Positions 8,803 to 17,072 of a stretch of DNA of 64,000 nt are shown here, one piece after another (the stretch's first letter is position 1; each line of letters opens with the position of its first letter). The position numbers were made by a program, and so were the translations under genes. Origin of the DNA: a virus. The stretch lies in IMG/VR virus record IMGVR_UViG_3300044729_003839, positions 1 through 64,000 of that record. One strand, given 5' to 3'. A model generated the notes under the pieces. It worked only from the letters and a program-made list of their open reading frames with translations, made no database searches and was not told the origin of the DNA.

Positions 8803-10004
8803 CGAGAAAACATACTCAAGAAGAGTTTGATTCTTTGCTGGCGGTTAAAAATCATAATGTTATTAGAATAGACAATTATATTAATTCCTTCACAAAAATA
8901 AAGTTTAAATGCCTAAGGCATAATAAGATTTATCAGGCATCTCCTAGGCACTGCTTAAAAGGTCATGGATTAACATGCTGTAGTTCAAAAGTAGTAAGGA
9001 GAGAAAAAGCAGCTCTAGAATTTGACTCCAAGTTAAGTATAAAAAATCCACTGATCAAGAGAGTAGGAAAGTATATTGACTCTCATACAAAAATAAACTT
9101 TAAGTGCTTAAGGCATAATCAAATTCATCAGGCAAGTCCCCGCCATCCCTTAGAAGGTCGCGGGTTAAAATGCTGCAGCTCGGGGAGATTAAAAGGAGAT
9201 AGAGCAGCTTTAGAATTTGACTCCAAGTTAAGTATAAAAAATCCACTGATCAAGAGAGTAGGAAAGTATATTGACTCTCATACAAAAATAAACTTTAAGT
9301 GCTTAAGGCATAATCAAATTTATCAGGCAAGTCCCCGCCATCCCTTAGAAGGTCGCGGGTTAAAATGCTGCAGCTCGGGGAGATTAAAAGGAGATAGAGC
9401 AGCTTTAGAATTTGACTCCAAGTTAAGTATAAAAAATCCACTGATCAAGAGAGTAGGAAAGTATATTGACTCTCATACAAAAATAAACTTTAAGTGCTTA
9501 AGGCATAATCAAATTTATCAGGCAAGTCCCCATCATTGTTTAGGGGGCAAAGGCCTTGCATGCTGTGCCGCCCCTAAGTTAGGAAGTTCGCTTAAAAATC
9601 TTTTAAAGGCCGAAAATGATTACCAGACCGTTTTTTATACTTACTCTCTCTCCCGGTACAAAAAATATGTTAAATTTGGCATAGCCAGAAGAATAGAGTC
9701 CAGGAAGGATTTGGAGTACGGCAAGGAAATATTTGCCAAGCAATTTAACACCAGATTGGAAGCATTTGCCATAGAACAAGCTTGCCTTAAAGATTCTCAA
9801 TTGGCAAAAGATTGCCCTGAGGAACTTGACCTGAATAAATGGCCTGGCCGTACAGAAGTGAGAAAATGTTCGAGACAGACGGCTTTGGCCCGTGCGAACT
9901 TTTACGTTCAAGAACTCGAGTCGATAGGGGTGAAAGAATTCATCCTTAAATACTTAAATCCTTCTCCGTACGAGAAAGCTTTATTGAAACGAAAATCTTT
10001 GTAA
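8799..10004 (+). CDS. Putative homing endonuclease: N-terminal Cys/His repeats plus GIY-YIG-like C-terminal domain
   Basis: Four KCLRHN...GLxCC repeats; FYTY...YVKFGIA; AT-rich; paralog of 23013-23840. Confidence 0.7.
   Translation: MTRKHTQEEFDSLLAVKNHNVIRIDNYINSFTKIKFKCLRHNKIYQASPRHCLKGHGLTCCSSKVVRREKAALEFDSKLSIKNPLIKRVGKYIDSHTKINFKCLRHNQIHQASPRHPLEGRGLKCCSSGRLKGDRAALEFDSKLSIKNPLIKRVGKYIDSHTKINFKCLRHNQIYQASPRHPLEGRGLKCCSSGRLKGDRAALEFDSKLSIKNPLIKRVGKYIDSHTKINFKCLRHNQIYQASPHHCLGGKGLACCAAPKLGSSLKNLLKAENDYQTVFYTYSLSRYKKYVKFGIARRIESRKDLEYGKEIFAKQFNTRLEAFAIEQACLKDSQLAKDCPEELDLNKWPGRTEVRKCSRQTALARANFYVQELESIGVKEFILKYLNPSPYEKALLKRKSL
9008..9530 (+). repeat. 195-bp near-identical tandem repeat inside the endonuclease gene
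   Basis: TAGAATTTGACTCC at 9016, 9211 and 9406. Confidence 0.9.
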
Positions 10005-10007
10005 GAA

Positions 10008-11870
10008 ATGTCAATAACAACAGTCTCTATAGTTGACGAGATTAAGCACGATTTTTTATCATACTCGACAGCAATATTTAACAGGTCGTTGCCCGATATA
10101 GTCGACGGGTTAAAAGTGTCACAACGCCGAGTGCTCCTCGCGTTAAAAGACCTTGACCTCAAGCCGTCCTCCTCGTATTGCAAGGTGACCCGGGTCGAAG
10201 GCCATACCTTAGGGACTTATCACCCACAAGGTAATTGCTCCGGCACCATTATAAACCTCGGGCAGCAAAGTTCTCAGCGATACACTCTTACCGATTTGCA
10301 CGGCAATGCTGGTGGATCGATTCAAACGGGAGAATATGCCGGTCAAATGGTGTCGGACGATTCGCCAGCCGCTGCCCGTTACCTGGAAGTACGCTCGACG
10401 TCAATATCGCAGAAACTGTACATCGAGCAGGTGATTAAAAGTGTGGGGGAATGGCGCGATAATTACGACGGCAGCAAGCAGGAACCTGTGCGTATAGTTC
10501 CTTTGCTTCCCACTCTGTTGCTGACGGGCACACAAGGTATCGCATCCGGCTATGCTTGCTCGCACATTTCCTGGCCTTTGTCTGATGTTGCGAACGCCAC
10601 TGTCTCGTGGATTAAATCACCGAAAATACGCGATAGCACTTTGGCTGGGAGGTTTACCAGGCCCCCTGAGCCTCCGCAAGGCGGTAGAATAGTCAAAGAT
10701 GAAGGTGTTGTTCAAGCGTTACTAACAGGCAAAGGGGCCATCACAGCCTATGGGCAATGGGTAAAAGACGATAATATTGTATGGGGCAAGCGGTCAAAAC
10801 GTCCGGGCCTTGTAATTACCCGCCTGGCCCAAGGGTCGTCAGAAAGATTTCTTGAACGAGTCAGAGAGCTGGCTGAGGCGGAGAAATTGCCCGGTCTTGT
10901 TGACGCGTCCGACCATTCCAGCAGAGACGGGATAAGGATTGTGCTTGTGTTCAAGACGGCCGAAGACAGAGATTTAAGTATTCCGTCTCTTGTAAAGAAT
11001 ACGGGACTCAAACACGTTCATAACGTGTCGTGTGTCGCTGTAGGGATTGATGGCAAGCCGGTCACTGTAGGTGTGAGGCAAGCCATTGCATTCTGGTATA
11101 AAGCCAGGGTGGATTATTTGTGCGAATTGCACGGCAAGGAAATGCAAGAGTGGAAGGCGAAGGAGTCGAGATTAAACGCCGTGATAACAGTACTTAACGA
11201 CTTAGATGTGTTTATAAACACTGTAAAGAAATCGTCTACCAAAGAGCAAGCGGTGGATAAAGTGATGAAGAAATGGAAACTTAGCCGAGACCTTGCAACT
11301 TATGTAATCGGTATTCCAATCTCTAGTCTTATTGGGACAGAGATAAGCTCGGTCAGAGAGGACTTGGAGATGGCCAAGTCGAAGGCGTCCGACTTAGAGC
11401 GGCTGTCCCACCCGGGCGGCGATCTAGATGCTTATATATGCGGTCAAATCGCCTCTGTGCGGTGCCTAGAATCGCCTGCAAGGTCGGTCTGGATGACTGA
11501 GAGTATCCCTGAGACCCCCCCTGCGCCACAGGGGCGTAAAGACGTTATGAAGGCTGAGGCGGAAAAGGCGGGAATCTCTCCCAGAAAGTTCAATAAATGG
11601 CTGAAGGAGAATCTGGGCAAGGGGGATATTGACAGCAGGTGGGGAGAATTTATAAAATCGAGCAAATCCCCTAAGGCAAATGTTAAAAATCGAGCTGGAA
11701 CCGAGACTAAAGCACGCTGCTCTGCAAGAAGCTCAAAGGCGCCAAAAAGAGAACCAGTCCAAGGGACTGGTGGGAAGAAACGGGGCCCCGGCTCAAGGAG
11801 TAAGGTCGCTAAAAATGCACGAGCTGGGGGCGATGGGGGAAATGGCCGTAGCGGCGCATCTCGGCCTTGA
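10008..11870 (+). CDS. Type IIA topoisomerase subunit A (GyrA/ParC-like), no beta-pinwheel CTD
   Basis: RSLPDIVDGLKVSQRRVL, YHPQG, catalytic PAAARYLE. Confidence 0.9.
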   Translation: MSITTVSIVDEIKHDFLSYSTAIFNRSLPDIVDGLKVSQRRVLLALKDLDLKPSSSYCKVTRVEGHTLGTYHPQGNCSGTIINLGQQSSQRYTLTDLHGNAGGSIQTGEYAGQMVSDDSPAAARYLEVRSTSISQKLYIEQVIKSVGEWRDNYDGSKQEPVRIVPLLPTLLLTGTQGIASGYACSHISWPLSDVANATVSWIKSPKIRDSTLAGRFTRPPEPPQGGRIVKDEGVVQALLTGKGAITAYGQWVKDDNIVWGKRSKRPGLVITRLAQGSSERFLERVRELAEAEKLPGLVDASDHSSRDGIRIVLVFKTAEDRDLSIPSLVKNTGLKHVHNVSCVAVGIDGKPVTVGVRQAIAFWYKARVDYLCELHGKEMQEWKAKESRLNAVITVLNDLDVFINTVKKSSTKEQAVDKVMKKWKLSRDLATYVIGIPISSLIGTEISSVREDLEMAKSKASDLERLSHPGGDLDAYICGQIASVRCLESPARSVWMTESIPETPPAPQGRKDVMKAEAEKAGISPRKFNKWLKENLGKGDIDSRWGEFIKSSKSPKANVKNRAGTETKARCSARSSKAPKREPVQGTGGKKRGPGSRSKVAKNARAGGDGGNGRSGASRP

Positions 11871-12183
11871 GGAAGCAGTTTTCAACGAGTCTTTGCCGAG
11901 GTGGGGCAGCTCCGATCTCCCCTATGACATCGAGGTTAAAACCCGAAGCAGGCATTGTTATGACTTAATCGTTCAAAGGAATGAACGCCCGGATAAAAAC
12001 ATGGTCCTTGTCACTATTGAAAGGGATGAGATTCTTATACAAGGTTGGTGCGTTTCAGGTGACGTGATGAAAAAGGAGTATTGGTCGGACCCGGCCGGAG
12101 GTCGAGCTGCCTATTTTGTGCCTGTCTCAGTGCTTAACTCCGCAGAGACGTTGAAAGATCTTATGACTGCGCAAAAGACTTGA
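11680..12183 (+). CDS. Phage hypothetical protein, possibly PD-(D/E)xK-like
   Basis: GAMGEMAVA...SDLPYDIEVKTR; overlaps topoisomerase 3' end by 191 nt. Confidence 0.7.
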   Translation: MLKIELEPRLKHAALQEAQRRQKENQSKGLVGRNGAPAQGVRSLKMHELGAMGEMAVAAHLGLEEAVFNESLPRWGSSDLPYDIEVKTRSRHCYDLIVQRNERPDKNMVLVTIERDEILIQGWCVSGDVMKKEYWSDPAGGRAAYFVPVSVLNSAETLKDLMTAQKT

Positions 12184-12428
12184 CTTTTTATTACTTACTC
12201 CCTTTAATAGTTTTGGCCTGGATTGTGTTTCAAGACCGAAACGTAAGCGAATATCTTTATTTGCAGATATTTGCCCGCTTCAGGCTTTGGATTCTAGTTA
12301 CAATGTTCAAATGGCGCTTGTTATGGGGGATTAAATGGCAAAGATTTCAAATGCGGATTGGACATGTTCCCAAAAAATATGCTAAAATGGTTGAGCAAGT
12401 ACTCTCAAAAGGAGACGACAAGTCGTGA
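12180..12428 (+). CDS. Small hydrophobic hypothetical protein
   Basis: Hydrophobic N-terminus; coupled to upstream stop. Confidence 0.55.
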   Translation: MTFYYLLPLIVLAWIVFQDRNVSEYLYLQIFARFRLWILVTMFKWRLLWGIKWQRFQMRIGHVPKKYAKMVEQVLSKGDDKS

Positions 12429-12552
12429 AGCTGAGACAACACCCTGGTTCGAGTTCAACTCGTACATCGACTGCTGCGCCAGCCTCGGAATCCGCCCCAG
12501 CGTCGGTAGATGGTCAGCCTACAGGCGATATTTCCTGCGTTATGGAAAGTAG
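12358..12552 (+). CDS. Small hypothetical protein (start uncertain)
   Basis: TPWFEFNSYIDCCASLG..PSVGRWSAYRRY resembles small cyanophage ORFs as I recall them. Confidence 0.5.
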   Translation: MDMFPKNMLKWLSKYSQKETTSREAETTPWFEFNSYIDCCASLGIRPSVGRWSAYRRYFLRYGK

Positions 12553-12613
12553 CGAGCGCCTTGGCCCTGGGGATAATCTGCTAAGATTTGGACTCGGCCC
12601 CGCTTAAACCATT

Positions 12614-13012
12614 ATGACTTCGACTTTTACTGAAGACTTGGACGATTACGAGCAAAAACTTCTTAAATTCACAGGCTCTGTTCAAAGCAATTTGGACGCT
12701 TTGTTGCGGCTGCTCGACAACGCGAAGATCGATCCGAGCGACAATGACAAGTTAATGAACTTGGCCATCGGACTGTCTCAGTACGTAGACACCATGACGG
12801 ATGATTTGTGCGAAGATTTAGAAAATCACATTAAAAAGGGGCTTTCTCCGGTGAAATTCACCTTTTCCACCGTAATAGGCAAAGATTACACGATCACTTT
12901 CCCGCCTGACGTGATCGGACAGCTCGGATGGAAAGAGGGCGATCTGCTTACTTGGAGGCTGAATGCCGATAAATCCGTCTCAATTACAAGAATTCCCCTT
13001 ACACAGGGGTGA
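12614..13012 (+). CDS. Protein with C-terminal AbrB/MazE-like DNA-binding domain
   Basis: ITFPPDVIGQLGWKEGDLLTW. Confidence 0.7.
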   Translation: MTSTFTEDLDDYEQKLLKFTGSVQSNLDALLRLLDNAKIDPSDNDKLMNLAIGLSQYVDTMTDDLCEDLENHIKKGLSPVKFTFSTVIGKDYTITFPPDVIGQLGWKEGDLLTWRLNADKSVSITRIPLTQG

Positions 13013-13622
13013 TTATCGCCGAGGAATCGCCTCGAAAAGGGGAGTAAAAGCCGCTACGCTTGTTTCACAAGCGTATGAAAGCGAGAAATCGCTTCGACGC
13101 GAGTGTATTTTGCACGTTCCGGGAAAATTTACCGCCCAGACCATGGCAATTTTCCCTTTGAACGGGGTGAATACGCCGGTATTTGGGTGTGAATACATTG
13201 AAATGCCGGGAAAATCGTTTGGTGCGGTGGATTTTCACCCCCAAGCCCAAGATTTAACACTTATAAAGCCGTATTTAGGGCCGGATTTACCCCGGGACCG
13301 GTTAAAATCCAAACACTACGACCTTGAGAAACACTTTTCACCTTGGCTTTGGCTTAAGAAAGGTGAGAAATCAGTGTATTCTGAGTTTTACAGTGCCTGT
13401 AACATAACATTATCGTTGTATTACAGCATGCTGGAGGGGGTTTCAGGGGCTAAAGCCTTGCCCCCAACCGCTTATTGCAAGTACATGGCCACGCACGACC
13501 CCGCTCGTGGTATCCTGAAGGCGTATTTTGGTGCTGAGTTCGCGAATGACTACATCGAGCACTTCTTGTTCCCAAGAAATCCGAATTTTAGTGACTTTAT
13601 CCGATACTTACAAGGACTTTAG
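12963..13622 (+). CDS. Ferredoxin-dependent bilin reductase (PebA/PebS-like)
   Basis: PVFGCEY, AVDFHP, HFSPWL, YMATHDPARGILKAYFG...HFLFP. Confidence 0.8.
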   Translation: MPINPSQLQEFPLHRGDYRRGIASKRGVKAATLVSQAYESEKSLRRECILHVPGKFTAQTMAIFPLNGVNTPVFGCEYIEMPGKSFGAVDFHPQAQDLTLIKPYLGPDLPRDRLKSKHYDLEKHFSPWLWLKKGEKSVYSEFYSACNITLSLYYSMLEGVSGAKALPPTAYCKYMATHDPARGILKAYFGAEFANDYIEHFLFPRNPNFSDFIRYLQGL

Positions 13623-13623
13623 A

Positions 13624-14010
13624 GTGTCGGATTTGCAAAAGTTTGGTAATATGGTTAATGATGCCAACGTAAACCAATTCACTAGCAACAGGCTCTTACA
13701 AGTGAATCAATTTTTTTTGAATCCACGGCCAAATGGGAAGTTTGAATACTTAAACCATGGGTATTTCGACCTCGCGCATGAGAAAATCACTTTCGGCGAG
13801 GTAAAATACCTTGTTCACAAGGCGGAAGAACTCTGCCAAGGCTGCGAAGCCTATACAAGGTACAAAATGCTTAAGCTGTTTAGTTCTAATGACAAAAAAG
13901 GTAAGAATTTCTATGGTCCGCCTCCGGGCACGGTAAGAATCTTCTCAAGACGGCTAATTTCTTACTGGAACGGCAAAGATTGGCATAAAATCTCCTTGCC
14001 TGGACTATGA
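13624..14010 (+). CDS. Hypothetical protein
   Basis: Fills gap in operon; ATGA-coupled to next gene; start uncertain. Confidence 0.6.
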   Translation: MSDLQKFGNMVNDANVNQFTSNRLLQVNQFFLNPRPNGKFEYLNHGYFDLAHEKITFGEVKYLVHKAEELCQGCEAYTRYKMLKLFSSNDKKGKNFYGPPPGTVRIFSRRLISYWNGKDWHKISLPGL

Positions 14011-14807
14011 AACAGGTAATACACTGTCCGGGGCGCAGTACGGACACGCATTTCCAATTCCTCGAACTTTATCCCGAGCTAAACAACCACCACGTCTTGT
14101 GTATTGACACAGCGCAAGCAGATCTGCCCTATTTCTCCTCCTCGCCTAAACTCACCCTCTGCACCAAAGAACGATACATGCTCGAGCTGCATAAGTTTCT
14201 GCTCGTCCCTACTGCGCACGAACTGATTAAAGAGGTATGGGAGCAGGAGTACGATAATGGAAAGAATTGGACCCAACGCTGCAAAGAACTTGCCTCGTTT
14301 AATAACAAGGATAGAGGTAGAATCCTAAGGAACTGGACCGACACAGCCCGGTATTACTGCATATTGTCAATGAGCGGTTTTTACTACCATTATAACAAAT
14401 GGATGTTTGTCGGGGAGCATACCCCTGTCACCCCTGATTACAACGCTTTACAAGAATGGTCGCAAGTCAATTCACAAAGACAAGTGGACTTCCAAGTTCG
14501 CGACATTTACACCTTTAAAACCACAGCAGTGGACAATAACACTGTAATATATTTTAACTTTCCCTACCAGTACGGCTCGTATGGTTGCCGCTACCTTTGG
14601 ACGAAAAAGAAATTTGATAGCATGGTCAAAGAGATTGTATCTTTGGCGGTGATGGGCCATAAAGTTTGTGTTTCCACCCCTTACAGGAATCGTGGCCGGT
14701 ACTTGAGACATTTTACACCTCATATACTCCCGCCCGAATTATTTAAAATGCATGAGTTGAAAGCTTCTGAGGATAAAAGCGAGGCGTTTTATGTTACTCG
14801 ACTGTAG
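14007..14807 (+). CDS. Degenerate Dam-family (D12) DNA adenine methyltransferase-like protein
   Basis: Length and motif spacing follow Dam; VIYFNFPY at the DPPY position; FxGxG motif not recognisable. Confidence 0.5.
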   Translation: MKQVIHCPGRSTDTHFQFLELYPELNNHHVLCIDTAQADLPYFSSSPKLTLCTKERYMLELHKFLLVPTAHELIKEVWEQEYDNGKNWTQRCKELASFNNKDRGRILRNWTDTARYYCILSMSGFYYHYNKWMFVGEHTPVTPDYNALQEWSQVNSQRQVDFQVRDIYTFKTTAVDNNTVIYFNFPYQYGSYGCRYLWTKKKFDSMVKEIVSLAVMGHKVCVSTPYRNRGRYLRHFTPHILPPELFKMHELKASEDKSEAFYVTRL

Positions 14808-14808
14808 C

Positions 14809-15138
14809 ATGGGCAAGCACGTCTTGCTTAACCTTTATGAGTGCGGCAATGTTTCTAGGCTTGTTAACTTACACGAGTACGAACCGTTTATTACTGATTT
14901 ACTCATTAAGTGTAGGGCGGAAATAATAAGTACAAGTTCGCATCAATTTAATGGCGGATTTACCCACCTCGCCCTATTAACTACCTCGCACTGCTCGATC
15001 CATACCTGGCCGGAGTGGGAATCCGCCGCCATCGACGTGTTTACCTGCTCGGACCTGGTTGACACGTCAGGGATCGTGGACGGTTTGGTGGAGTATTTTG
15101 ACTCATTGCGCAGCGAGCCCACTGTCGTGCTAAGGTGA
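14809..15138 (+). CDS. speD: S-adenosylmethionine decarboxylase proenzyme-like
   Basis: GKHVLLNLYEC, HQFNGGFT, LTTSHCSIHTWPE, AIDVFTC. Confidence 0.9.
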   Translation: MGKHVLLNLYECGNVSRLVNLHEYEPFITDLLIKCRAEIISTSSHQFNGGFTHLALLTTSHCSIHTWPEWESAAIDVFTCSDLVDTSGIVDGLVEYFDSLRSEPTVVLR

Positions 15139-15159
15139 CAAGGTGTTGCCTTAAACCCC

Positions 15160-15459
15160 ATGAGCACTTTCACCGTCCACGATAAAATGAGAGAGATAAT
15201 GAAAAAGATTGAATCTTTAAAGGAAAAGTCCAGGTCTACTGCCCAACTCTCACTATACTTCACTTTTCTAGTAGCGTTTATTGGAGTATTCTCTAGTGAC
15301 TCTGCGAGGAGATTCGCCGTCCCTGTAACCGCTTTTCTCTCGGCGTCCGGCTGGCTTGCCTCTAAGCATTTTGAGAGCAAGGAGGAGGAAGCCCGGAAAG
15401 AGTTAAACGAGGCTATTTTGATTGAAGCGTCTCGCTTCAACCTCGAACGGTTGATCTGA
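15160..15459 (+). CDS. Small two-helix membrane protein
   Basis: Two hydrophobic segments. Confidence 0.6.
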   Translation: MSTFTVHDKMREIMKKIESLKEKSRSTAQLSLYFTFLVAFIGVFSSDSARRFAVPVTAFLSASGWLASKHFESKEEEARKELNEAILIEASRFNLERLI

Positions 15460-15469
15460 CAGGATCCCG

Positions 15470-15479
15470 TGCTATACTG
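15470..15479 (+). promoter_or_regulatory. Putative extended -10 promoter before the basic peptide and tRNA cluster
   Basis: TGCTATACT. Confidence 0.45.
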
Positions 15480-15501
15480 ACATCGTCTCCTCTCCAAGGA
15501 A

Positions 15502-15651
15502 ATGGCCAAAAAGCCGTCGCCCACCACCCTCAGCTCCACCTTTGCCAAGGGCAAACCGAAAAAGACTCGTCAGGGCAACGGCCTGAACACCAGGCTCAGC
15601 GCCACGAGCAGAAATGGCGCCAAGAAGCGCGACAGGGGGCAAGGCAGTTAA
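15502..15651 (+). CDS. 49-aa basic peptide (not in ORF track)
   Basis: MAKKPS...KKTRQGNG...SRNGAKKRDRGQGS; AAGGA just upstream. Confidence 0.65.
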   Translation: MAKKPSPTTLSSTFAKGKPKKTRQGNGLNTRLSATSRNGAKKRDRGQGS

Positions 15652-15687
15652 CTTTAACGGGGATTAGTTTATACTATCCCCTTTAAA

Positions 15688-15762
15688 GGGAGCCTAGCTT
15701 AATTGGTAGAGCGGCCTGCTTATAACGGGTGTCTTGTCCGGGTTCAATCCCCGGGGTTCCTA
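15688..15762 (+). tRNA. tRNA-Ile(UAU)
   Basis: Acceptor GGGAGCC/GGTTCCT; anticodon loop CT-TAT-AA; T arm GGTTCAATCC. Confidence 0.85.
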
Positions 15763-15778
15763 TTATAACTTATCCCTT

Positions 15779-16219
15779 ATGGATACCTTTACTGTTATTA
15801 CAAAATGCCGAGGATGTGACTGCGACATAGTAAATGTCAGAAAAACTAAAGGCAGACTTAAAAACTGGTGTAGTGCTAGTTGTAGAGGACGTTGGAGGTA
15901 CAAAAATAGGATAATAGTTCCCGGAGAAAGCACCTATACTAAACAAAAGTCTAGGGGATATTTAAATAAGTGGAAAGCTTTACAGAGAAAAGGAGGGAAA
16001 TGTCAACAGTGCGGAGAGTCTAGACCGGCAGCTTTATGTTTTCATCACAGGGTATCTGCTGAAAAAGAGTTTGCCCTAGACGGGAGGTGTTTTGCCAATT
16101 TAAAGTGGCAGAAAATTGAAAAAGAGGTTGACAAATGTGATCTCTTGTGCCACAATTGCCATAACATACTTCATTACGGGGGTAGCTGGGATGAATTTCT
16201 TTCCTCTTTAGAGGAATAA
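15779..16219 (+). CDS. HNH homing endonuclease between tRNA genes
   Basis: CQQCGE...LCFHH...CDLLCHNCHNILH. Confidence 0.85.
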   Translation: MDTFTVITKCRGCDCDIVNVRKTKGRLKNWCSASCRGRWRYKNRIIVPGESTYTKQKSRGYLNKWKALQRKGGKCQQCGESRPAALCFHHRVSAEKEFALDGRCFANLKWQKIEKEVDKCDLLCHNCHNILHYGGSWDEFLSSLEE

Positions 16220-16222
16220 CAC

Positions 16223-16304
16223 CGGAACGTGGTGGAATTGGTAGACACAACGCACTTAAAATGCGTCGTCGAAAGACATGAGAGTTCAAGTCTCTCCGTT
16301 CCGA
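16223..16304 (+). tRNA. tRNA-Leu(UAA)
   Basis: Acceptor CGGAACG/CGTTCCG; loop CT-TAA-AA; long variable arm. Confidence 0.9.
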
Positions 16305-16348
16305 TTAGGTTGGTTACCTATCTTCAAATATCTGCCAACCTCTAATAA

Positions 16349-16422
16349 GCCCACTTAACTCAGTTGGATAGAGTAACGGACTTCTAATCCGTAGGTCGCA
16401 AGTTCGAGTCTTGCAGTGGGCG
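16349..16422 (+). tRNA. tRNA-Arg(UCU)
   Basis: Acceptor GCCCACT/AGTGGGC; loop CT-TCT-AA. Confidence 0.92.
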
Positions 16423-16448
16423 TTACCTATTAATTAGGTATCTTAACT

Positions 16449-16748
16449 ATGGACAGGCCTAATAATCTTAACAAATCCGGAATAAAAGTCTGGAACAAGC
16501 TTACTGAATTCCAGAAAGAACATCGCCCAGATAACCACCTTCGACCCTTTCACTTTACTTCCCTCGAATATTACGAAGAATTTTTCAAAGAGAGAAGAGT
16601 CGCCCCGTTCAAAGAGCGACTTCTCAAAGGTGTAAACACACCTATCGATCCGGAATTTCTTAATAATCTAAGTGAGATACTAGCCGATTTTAATGATAAA
16701 TTAAACGAACTCGACAACGGTAAGCAGGACAAGCCCTACGACTGGTAG
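16449..16748 (+). CDS. Hypothetical protein
   Basis: 99-aa ORF. Confidence 0.6.
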   Translation: MDRPNNLNKSGIKVWNKLTEFQKEHRPDNHLRPFHFTSLEYYEEFFKERRVAPFKERLLKGVNTPIDPEFLNNLSEILADFNDKLNELDNGKQDKPYDW

Positions 16749-16781
16749 AGTTGAAAGCCCTGTAAACACACTTTCCGACCA

Positions 16782-16922
16782 ATGAAACCCGCTTTCCTCA
16801 CTTACCACCTCGGCCAGAGACAGATTCGAGATCGTGAATCGAAGGAATGTCAGCGTTTCCTGACAATGCTCCGCGATTCGGAGAAAAAACCGGTTAAAGC
16901 CTGTAAGCAAGAGGATTTTTAA
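16782..16922 (+). CDS. 46-aa hypothetical protein (not in ORF track)
   Basis: MKPAFLTYHLGQ...; GTTGAAAGC motif at 16750 upstream. Confidence 0.45.
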   Translation: MKPAFLTYHLGQRQIRDRESKECQRFLTMLRDSEKKPVKACKQEDF

Positions 16923-16923
16923 A

Positions 16924-17043
16924 ATGCAAGAACCGAGCCCTGAGCAAATCGAACTCTGGAATTCCCGCCTTGGTCTTATCGGCCTTATCGCTTCCCTCGG
17001 CGCCTACGCCCTCACCGGTCAAGTAATTCCGGGCCTCTGGTAA
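16924..17043 (+). CDS. hli: High-light inducible protein (39 aa, not in ORF track)
   Basis: ELWNSRLGLIGLIASLGAYALTGQVIPGLW: ExxNxR motif and TGQxIPG tail. Confidence 0.85.
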   Translation: MQEPSPEQIELWNSRLGLIGLIASLGAYALTGQVIPGLW

Positions 17044-17072
17044 AAACACCCAACACCCTGGTTGAAAGCTAT

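Noticed and set aside
15734-15778. N-terminal extension of the HNH ORF given in the ORF track
   Set aside because: It overlaps tRNA-Ile; ATG 15779 is the more plausible start.
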